A stretch of 64,000 bases of DNA from an uncultured Candidatus Rokubacteria bacterium (lineage in GTDB: Bacteria > Methylomirabilota > Methylomirabilia > Rokubacteriales > DASRDR01). Below are positions 57,301-64,000 of the stretch, one piece after another. The notes under the pieces were generated by a model, which was not told where the DNA came from, did not search any database, and saw only the letters and a program-made list of their open reading frames with translations. The translations under genes and the position numbers were made by a program. The DNA is taken from positions 32,001-96,000 of the forward strand of contig CAWDVE010000010.1 in NCBI GenBank assembly GCA_963805625.1, in the 5' to 3' direction. Position 1 is the stretch's first letter; the number at the start of each line of letters is the position of its first letter.

Positions 57301-57692
57301 GTTGAGAGCATGGTATCTATCAATGAGAGGCGGTAAGGAAGGTCGGAGGGATACGCGAGGAAGTTATCTGCGTTACAATCAAGGACATTCAGCAGATCCG
57401 CAAGTGTGGATGCGCTGGTAAAAATCAGGACCGGGATGACCCAGAGATCACCATCTGCCTTGATCCTGCGACATACCTCGAATCCGTCTTCCACGGTGGT
57501 TGTGTCACAGACCAGGAGGTTTGGTTTTCCTTCACGAAGTATTTCAAGCAGGCGTGTACTGTCAGAAAAGAGGGTGATACGGTATCCTTTCTCTTCCAGA
57601 TGCTCCGTCAGCTGCGGGGCTATTGATTCACTGATACTTAAAACGAAAATATCGATTATACTTTCGTTTCTGTCCAACGGTGGCTCATTCAT
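54303..57692 (-). CDS. Pseudo-receiver domain + long coiled coil + small C-terminal helical domain (about 1,130 aa), split by three frameshifts (about 56108, 54840, 54702)
   Basis: N-terminal REC fold (KPNLLVCD..DGFEVCRRIK..IPVLIFTS); heptad-rich body; the frames join on single-base removal (TGQLDA, SPEKQT, EPASMP). Confidence 0.75.
56383..56762 (-). repeat. Three tandem 126-bp (42 aa) coding repeats
   Basis: AACGCAGATTTCAGG at about 56383, 56509 and 56635; unit KSAFEEEKTRRVSLETTLAEMSTQKDLAERNLNALIPEHETL. Confidence 0.92.
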
Positions 57693-57937
57693 CGCAATCT
57701 CCCTTACTCGATTAAAAGCTCAAGAAATTATATACTTGTTTATATGTTCTCCTATACTCAATTATAGCATTTCTGGTCAAACGGGACATTCCAGTGGCTG
57801 ATTAATGATAAAACTGCGTTCATGAATACTTATAAAAAACGAATCTTGCGAAAAACAATTTTCCTGCGCTCATCCCTTCATACCGGGAATGGTATCAGGT
57901 TTGTCAGGCTTTTTTTGAAAAAAGGTATTCTGTTTCA

Positions 57938-58798
57938 CTATACCAGGGGATCGGGCTGGTTATCGCCAAGGGCTGGTAACCGTGTGGGTTTGACCAGGAC
58001 CTGCTCGTCTGACTGACGGATCTTTTCAAGGATCAGCAGTTTCCCTTTCCGGGTCATGGCAAAAATCGGGATCGTGACACCGGCCTGGAGAAGGGCTATG
58101 GGCCCGGCAATGTCACGGATGGTCCGGGATGCACATGAGGTGACAAGGTCTGACGCTGAAACGAGCACTTCGGCATCTTCACGGGAGAGCCCGGTAACAT
58201 GGACTGCAAAGATGAAGGTATCGGGATGTATCCTGCGAATTGTTTCTGCAATCCCGGGGCTGGCAACCGTGACAGCAATGTTCCGGAACCCTTCTGCCAC
58301 TGCTAGTGCCACTCCCGCCAGCTGATCGATCCGTGCATGCTCACGGTCAAGGACAAGTCCACCGCCCTGCTCAATCCGCTCAATAACCGTTGTGTGGGGA
58401 GATGTTTTTACAAGCCCGGACATCCTGCCCCCGATTCCCTGCACCATTTCGGGTTTTGTCGCAATGACCGTGCCGGCGCCATCACATGCAAGAACCACAG
58501 CATCGATAAGACCGGCACGAAGACCGAAACTTAATAATTCCGAAGCCCCGAATCCGACAAATTCACGGTTATCACACACTTCACGGTCCGGCACGCACAT
58601 GCCGAACGCTTGTATCCGGTGCTCAATATTTGCTTTTATGGCGTCTTTTGTTATTGCAGGAATCGGGAAAGCGAATCGTTTTGCAAGAGGACAGTCTGAA
58701 ATCTGTGGCTCTCCAACTTCAACAACCCTGCCGTCCCGGATCACAATGCGACTCCGCCCAATCGCCTCGATGATATGCTCGTCACTTTTTTTGACCAT
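57938..58798 (-). CDS. Methanogenesis marker protein 8 (DUF2099)
   Basis: DEHIIEAIGRSR, CPLA, FVGFGASE, CDGAGTV and QGIGGRMSGLVKTSP motifs. Confidence 0.88.
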   Translation of the reverse strand: MVKKSDEHIIEAIGRSRIVIRDGRVVEVGEPQISDCPLAKRFAFPIPAITKDAIKANIEHRIQAFGMCVPDREVCDNREFVGFGASELLSFGLRAGLIDAVVLACDGAGTVIATKPEMVQGIGGRMSGLVKTSPHTTVIERIEQGGGLVLDREHARIDQLAGVALAVAEGFRNIAVTVASPGIAETIRRIHPDTFIFAVHVTGLSREDAEVLVSASDLVTSCASRTIRDIAGPIALLQAGVTIPIFAMTRKGKLLILEKIRQSDEQVLVKPTRLPALGDNQPDPLV

Positions 58799-58929
58799 AT
58801 GCGTCCATCCTGAGAATTGAGATACAGGAATATTTTGATTCTCCGGTTTAAGGAATATTGCACACCTGCAAAACCAGCCGGTTCCGTCCCGTCCAAACAG
58901 ATATGACGTTCCAGTGCCGATGAAAGTAC

Positions 58930-59670
58930 ATGAATGCAGTATCACGGTACCCTGAGATCGATATGGTCCGCGGTATCGCGATATTTATGATGATTCTTTT
59001 TCACACCGTTTTTGATCTCAGTTTTTTCGGGGTTTCTGCCATTGACGTTTCGGCCGGGTTCTGGAGGTATTTTGCATTTTCAACGGCGGCACTCTTCCTT
59101 CTTGTCGTCGGAATATCCCTGACTCTGAGCCATGCACGGGCGGCAACATCCTTATCAGGATATCAGCTGGCACGGAAATTCATCTATCGCGGGGCAGGTA
59201 TCTTCCTTCTCGGACTCCTTGTCACAGCGGGCACGTGGCTGTACCTTAAGGAAGGGTTCATCGTATTCGGGATCCTGCACCTGATTGGTATTTCCGTCAT
59301 GATCTCCCCACTTTTCTTTCGGTTTAAGCGTTTCAACATCATTCTGGGTCTTTTTTTCATCGTGATCGGCTTTATCCTGTCAACGGTTACCGGCCCGATC
59401 TGGCTCCTGCCCCTCGGCGTCCACCCGGCAACCTTCTGGTCGGTGGATTACGAACCGGTTTTTCCCTGGACGGGCATCGTCCTTCTCGGTATGGGTCTTG
59501 GCGAATACCTGTACCCGGGTGGCGTGCGGAAATTTACGCTGCCCCGTATTCCAGTATTTTTTATCCGGCCCCTTGCGTCCCTGGGACGGCATTCGCTCAT
59601 TGTATACCTGGTTCACCAGCCGATCATCATACTCCTGCTTGCGGCTGTTTTTGGAATTGCTTTGATCTGA
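58930..59670 (+). CDS. DUF1624 / HGSNAT-like membrane acyltransferase
   Basis: RYPEIDMVRGIAI.MMILFH, FGILHLIG, SVDYEPVFPW and LGRHSLIVYLVHQP motifs. Confidence 0.88.
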   Translation: MNAVSRYPEIDMVRGIAIFMMILFHTVFDLSFFGVSAIDVSAGFWRYFAFSTAALFLLVVGISLTLSHARAATSLSGYQLARKFIYRGAGIFLLGLLVTAGTWLYLKEGFIVFGILHLIGISVMISPLFFRFKRFNIILGLFFIVIGFILSTVTGPIWLLPLGVHPATFWSVDYEPVFPWTGIVLLGMGLGEYLYPGGVRKFTLPRIPVFFIRPLASLGRHSLIVYLVHQPIIILLLAAVFGIALI

Positions 59671-59769
59671 TCCCATCAATCTGGATGATTATTGGGATGG
59701 TTCGTGGTGATCAACGAAAAGAAACAAGGGATTTGTCTGGTATCAAGGCTTTTTCACGACAATATAGTT

Positions 59770-60089
59770 ATGATGAGGGTTCCCCGCCTCAGGGCCTCTC
59801 CGAGGCACGGCGGGGCAGAAGGGTGATTAGCAGAATTTTTCAGGTTTGTGAAAAACCATGAATCTAAATAAATCCCTATTGGGCTCATGAGATTGCTTCT
59901 CCAGTGAATCACCGGTAAAAACTGAAAAATTGTTCTTTTGTAAGAATGTGTATTTCTGCCCATTAGTATTTATGAGACTCAGTCGCCTCGGGGCTTTCCC
60001 GAGGCATGGCGATTCAGGGAAGTTTATAAGGAGTAACTCTCTCCCTGATCCGCCGCGGGGGCGTCCCTTCGGGGGCGGCGGCGTTCATC
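59770..60089 (+). repeat. Lone B hairpin followed by a full B-spacer-A unit
   Basis: B 59782-59815; variant B 59981-60014; A 60050-60081 followed by CGTTCATC. Confidence 0.9.
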
Positions 60090-60184
60090 CTTTTGGTATC
60101 GACATCTGACCGTTCCCCGAGATATCTGAATATTGTGATTTTTATTGTGGTTATTGCCGGCAGGGATCAAATTTGAGCCGGCTC

Positions 60185-61855
60185 TCACTCCACAAACATC
60201 GGGACGTCCCTCATTTCCCCGACATCAAACAGTCCCCGGTTCGTGATCCTCAGTTCCGGGATAACGGTGAGTGCAAGGAACGACAGGTACATGAAAGGAT
60301 CGTTAATACTCCCCATCTTTTCGGTGGTGTCGCGCAGATCCTTTAGTTGTGCGACAACGTTGTCGTACGGCAGCGTTGACATAAGCCCTCCGCAGTCGAG
60401 CGGGAGTACAGTCTTTGATTCCCCCACAACGGCTACCATCGCACCCCGGGACCTGATGACTTCTTCGATAGCGAACAGGATTTCCCTGTCACTCGCTCCC
60501 ACGGCAATAATGTTATGGGCATCATGAGAGATGCTGGACGCTATCGCCCCTCTGTTCAGCAGGAAGCCGTGGACAAGTCCGACACCGCACGCCGTTTCAT
60601 GGTAACGGTTACAGACTACCACCTTCAGAATATCCCGTTTGAAATCAGGTATGTCCCGTGCTGAAACAGGGAACTGCAGTGACCGGGTGAGAATCTGATG
60701 GGGGACAAGCCCGATTACCCGTGCTTTACCGGATCCACGGATCCGGATATCATCGACCCTGGGGATTTTGGAGAAGAATGCCGGGACAAAGGGTGGCGCT
60801 GGCACATGCACGGGGTCGGCAATCTCCTTTCCCTGTACAAAGACCTTTTTTACCCTGACACTTCGCGGATCATCGATGATACAGAAATCCGCCCTCCTGC
60901 CCGGGGTCAGCGCCCCGCGATCGGACAGCCCGAACCGTTCTGCGGCTGAAAGCGTCGCCATCCGTAAGGCAAGTTCCGGTTTGAGCCCGCATTCCACGGC
61001 ACGCCGTATGCAGTGGTCGATATGCCCCCTCTCAAAAAGTGTATCCGCATGACAGTCATCTGAGGCAAAGCAGCACCGGGAGACCGTTTCCGGCGTTACC
61101 AGATCGATAAGATCGGCGATATTTCGTTCGGTTGATCCCTCCCGGATGAATATGTACATCCCGCGCCGGAGTTTTTCTTCTGCCTCGTCCAGCCGGGTAC
61201 ATTCATGGTCGCTCTGCAGACCTGCCAGGATATACGCATTGAGATCATTTCCGGTAAGAAGGGGAGCATGCCCGTCACGGACAGAACAGAGCTGGAGTTT
61301 TTCCAGAACTGAGGGATCTGCGGCAAGGACGCCGGGAACGTTCATCATCTCCCCGAGTCCAAGGATGCCACGACGGTCTGCGTATGGCCTGAGATCACGG
61401 GCTGTGAGTGTCGCACCACCCACGTCTTCGGGCGTCGCAGGTACACAGGAGGGGAGAAGGTACAGAATGTCGATGTCCGCCCCCTCCCGCTGGTCAAGCA
61501 TGAAATCAATTCCCCGTGCACCGGCAACATTTGCAATTTCATGCGGATCGGCGATAACGGTAGTTGTGCCGTGTCGGACGACCAGGCGGGCATATTCGCG
61601 GGGTGTAAGGAGCGAGCTTTCGATATGGACGTGGGCATCGATCAGCCCGGGGATGATACATGAACCCCCGAGATCGTATTCCGTTATTCCTGAATAGTTA
61701 CCAATGCCCAGTACCAGACCGTCCTTAACCGCAAGGGTGCCCTGCTCCCACTCACCGATAAAAGGATTGAATATCCGGGCGTTCCTGAAAATGGTATCTG
61801 CCGGCATCAGGCCCCGGGCTGCTTCCAGCAGTTCCTGTAAGCCGACACCAGTCAC
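60185..61855 (-). CDS. ade: Adenine deaminase
   Basis: PGLIDAHVHIESS, DPHEIANV, DGHAP, SDHEC, REGS and HDAHN motifs. Confidence 0.95.
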   Translation of the reverse strand: MTGVGLQELLEAARGLMPADTIFRNARIFNPFIGEWEQGTLAVKDGLVLGIGNYSGITEYDLGGSCIIPGLIDAHVHIESSLLTPREYARLVVRHGTTTVIADPHEIANVAGARGIDFMLDQREGADIDILYLLPSCVPATPEDVGGATLTARDLRPYADRRGILGLGEMMNVPGVLAADPSVLEKLQLCSVRDGHAPLLTGNDLNAYILAGLQSDHECTRLDEAEEKLRRGMYIFIREGSTERNIADLIDLVTPETVSRCCFASDDCHADTLFERGHIDHCIRRAVECGLKPELALRMATLSAAERFGLSDRGALTPGRRADFCIIDDPRSVRVKKVFVQGKEIADPVHVPAPPFVPAFFSKIPRVDDIRIRGSGKARVIGLVPHQILTRSLQFPVSARDIPDFKRDILKVVVCNRYHETACGVGLVHGFLLNRGAIASSISHDAHNIIAVGASDREILFAIEEVIRSRGAMVAVVGESKTVLPLDCGGLMSTLPYDNVVAQLKDLRDTTEKMGSINDPFMYLSFLALTVIPELRITNRGLFDVGEMRDVPMFVE

Positions 61856-62212
61856 TTACACCACAATATCCCGGATTACCGCGGTTTTCCGTTCGCCATT
61901 CTGGATCAGGTACATTTTGAATTTATAGTTTCCGGGTGCGAGCGGTGCCGGGATCATGACCGCATTGTCACCTGTATTTAGTCTCGCCGCCCCCATAATT
62001 ACCGAATGTTCCTGCTGGGTAAGACCCGTCACCCGGTATATCGTGACCTGTACAAATGCATCTGAAGGTTCATCCGGATTATTAATACTCGCAGTTATGT
62101 TGTTACCAGAGTAGCCGACATCGCCGATACTCGATGATACGCATCCGCACAGGAATAGAAAAAGAACCAGAAGAGCTATTTCGCAGGCAGGTGACCTGAC
62201 ATGTGCGAACAT
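61856..62212 (-). CDS. Putative small lipoprotein with Ig-like domain
   Basis: Hydrophobic signal ending LCGC; beta-rich body ending PGNYKFKMY. Confidence 0.7.
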   Translation of the reverse strand: MFAHVRSPACEIALLVLFLFLCGCVSSSIGDVGYSGNNITASINNPDEPSDAFVQVTIYRVTGLTQQEHSVIMGAARLNTGDNAVMIPAPLAPGNYKFKMYLIQNGERKTAVIRDIVV

Positions 62213-62544
62213 TATTCAAATGTAAATTCTCCGGGATTTAAACCTTGGTATGCCTGGCTCATTTGAGTTTTCTCTTTCATCGATTGGCTGGAATTTTCTT
62301 CCTGACACCTGAGTGCAGAATATTCTCCAGATCTTTATACAGGCTGATAACTGATTCACTCGTTGACGGGTTATCTCGAAAATATCGGGCAATCTCGAAC
62401 AACGGGCTTTTTCCTCTCCCATTGCCGAATTATCCTCCGCACACCCTGATTCGATAATTTGGCTCATATCGTTATTTAGATGTGTTTTCACATGATTTCG
62501 GAACAGGACATTCTGGTCTCGCTTCCCGAAAATCTTAAGATAAA

Positions 62545-62665
62545 AGAGAGTCACCCGTTTCAAGGCCTCTCCGAGGCACGGCGGGTCAGAGAAGTGTCGA
62601 GATTTTTATTTTTTTAACTACCAGTCCGCCGCGGGGGCGTCCCTTCGGGGGCGGCGGCGTTCATC
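62545..62665 (+). repeat. Single B-spacer-A unit
   Basis: B 62553-62586, A 62626-62657, then CGTTCATC. Confidence 0.92.
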
Positions 62666-62784
62666 GCGAATGTAAGAATTGGAATCAGAATGGAACCGGA
62701 CCTCAAGTTAAAAGGATCGTAATACAAACAAAAAAACGCCAATCCCGTACGGACCCCCTCTGAAAATGGAATGTATGGCGGGTT

Positions 62785-62973
62785 TCAGACCTTTTCCACG
62801 GTTACCCGCACACGGTCCCCGGCTTTCAGGACATGACCTTTCGGGATATCGATGTTGAACCACAGGGAATTCGGGTTATCCTGCGTCGGGTCCTGGGACA
62901 TCAGGCAGTCCTTGAAGTCATTGATGTCGGCGACAAATTCTATCTCGGATTCAAATTCCAGGATTTTTGCCAT
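62785..62973 (-). CDS. Small hypothetical protein (AbrB/OB-like C-terminus)
   Basis: 62 aa ending LKAGDRVRVTVEKV; co-oriented with the upstream gene. Confidence 0.7.
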   Translation of the reverse strand: MAKILEFESEIEFVADINDFKDCLMSQDPTQDNPNSLWFNIDIPKGHVLKAGDRVRVTVEKV

Positions 62974-62994
62974 GATAAAAAATAGATACCGGGC

Positions 62995-63246
62995 TTAGAT
63001 GGCCCTCGGCGTGACCATCCACGTCGTACTGTTCGAATAGCTCCAGCGGATTATGTCAAGTTCCTTGCAGATATCTGCAAGGATCGCCATATTCGTTCCA
63101 ACCTCTTTTGGTGATAACCCCAGTTCCTTGGCAATATATTTTGATTTAAAGTAGTGCTTGCCCTTGGTTATACCCGAGTTGAGGTATTGAACAATTTTGT
63201 GCTGGGTCTCGTTATACGTTTCACGTAATTTCTTTGTTGTAGACAT
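62995..63246 (-). CDS. Small archaeal wHTH protein (DUF7123-like)
   Basis: YFKSKYIAKELGLSPKEVG..M..L....I.RWSYSNSTTWMV; GAGG RBS and TATA-rich upstream region. Confidence 0.8.
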   Translation of the reverse strand: MSTTKKLRETYNETQHKIVQYLNSGITKGKHYFKSKYIAKELGLSPKEVGTNMAILADICKELDIIRWSYSNSTTWMVTPRAI

Positions 63247-63470
63247 GTTATGCCTCAGCATTTAAATCTCATTTAGATCATTTGGTATATATATATATCT
63301 GATTCTTCAGGTTATAGATAGGTCATTTTTACTTCACTGCACTTGTATTCTGGCAGGAATAAGTATATCTGGCACGCAGATTACATTGAATATCCTGGAC
63401 CTGATTAACGCGCATTATAAGCATTTTGCAGTAATTTTCATAGGATTTTTTCAAAAATAAGGCAGTTATT

Positions 63471-64000
63471 TCATTTTTGTATCTGTGCCTCACCTATTTT
63501 GCTGATAAGTGCTTCGAGCACCACATCACGCATGCCTTCAACAAATTTGATGCTGCCCACTACCAGGTGACCTCCACCGCTGATGCCCCCGCCAGGTATC
63601 TCGTTCCTGAGTTCCCGGACCATACGGGGGATGTTCATGAGAACCCCACGTGACCGGAGCACGGCAAAGTCCGGACCAAACCCGATGGTTACCACCGGTT
63701 TTCCTGCATGCTGCCGGCAGAGCCGGTCATGGACTTCACCGGAAGTCTTGCCGGGAGGGGGAAACGTGAACTTGTGTGCATGGATTTCCACATCAATGAG
63801 GAAGAGATGCGCCTCGTTCCCGAGTACTCTGGGGACAACATGAGGCATGCAGGCACTCATCTGGTCCTCGATCATCGTATTTGCCCCTTCTACCAGGAGT
63901 GCCACAAGTTTCCGGTAGCGTTCAGGATTCCCGGTCAGGTTCAGGATATCCTTGATAATCTCCCTGCCGTCATTGAACCGTAACCAGAACTGTTCATAAT
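63471..64000 (-). CDS. DHH/DHHA1 phosphoesterase (RecJ-like), C-terminal part; runs off the window
   Basis: HKFTFPPPGKTSG and SGGGHLVVGSIKF (DHHA1) motifs. Confidence 0.82.
   Translation of the reverse strand, partial: YEQFWLRFNDGREIIKDILNLTGNPERYRKLVALLVEGANTMIEDQMSACMPHVVPRVLGNEAHLFLIDVEIHAHKFTFPPPGKTSGEVHDRLCRQHAGKPVVTIGFGPDFAVLRSRGVLMNIPRMVRELRNEIPGGGISGGGHLVVGSIKFVEGMRDVVLEALISKIGEAQIQK

Overview
Chromosomal window from a methanogenic archaeon. Methanogenesis marker 8, an ftr paralog, the archaeal CCA enzyme and split glutamate synthase point to Methanomicrobia, and it looks Methanomicrobiales/Methanoregula-like (inference). It holds a nitrogen-assimilation cluster (gltB domains, glnA, two amtB, glnK, two GGAA-N6-TTCC NrpR-type operators), cca-thpR, nrdH-nrdD, hsp20 with an ArsR/HSR1-like regulator, purH, grpE-dnaK-dnaJ, an approximately 16 kb TPR gene, tRNA-Thr(GGT), a Zn/Mn ABC operon with a DtxR-like repressor, a pseudo-receiver/coiled-coil gene and adenine deaminase. 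The most striking unexplained signal is non-coding: about 15 intergenic copies of a two-hairpin unit, with hairpin B = CCCGCCTCAGGGCCTCTCCGAGGCACGGCGGG, a 30-45 nt variable spacer, and hairpin A = CCGCCGCGGGGGCGTCCCTTCGGGGGCGGCGG. The copies show covariation. They occur alone, in tandem, and nested in either orientation inside MITE-like elements bounded by GGCTCTGTNGAAA inverted repeats. Many genes carry +1 frameshifts, six of which fall exactly inside AGCT, which suggests a methylation-linked long-read error rather than real pseudogenes. The class III RNR lacks its C-terminal glycyl-radical domain. All coordinates and counts were read by eye.
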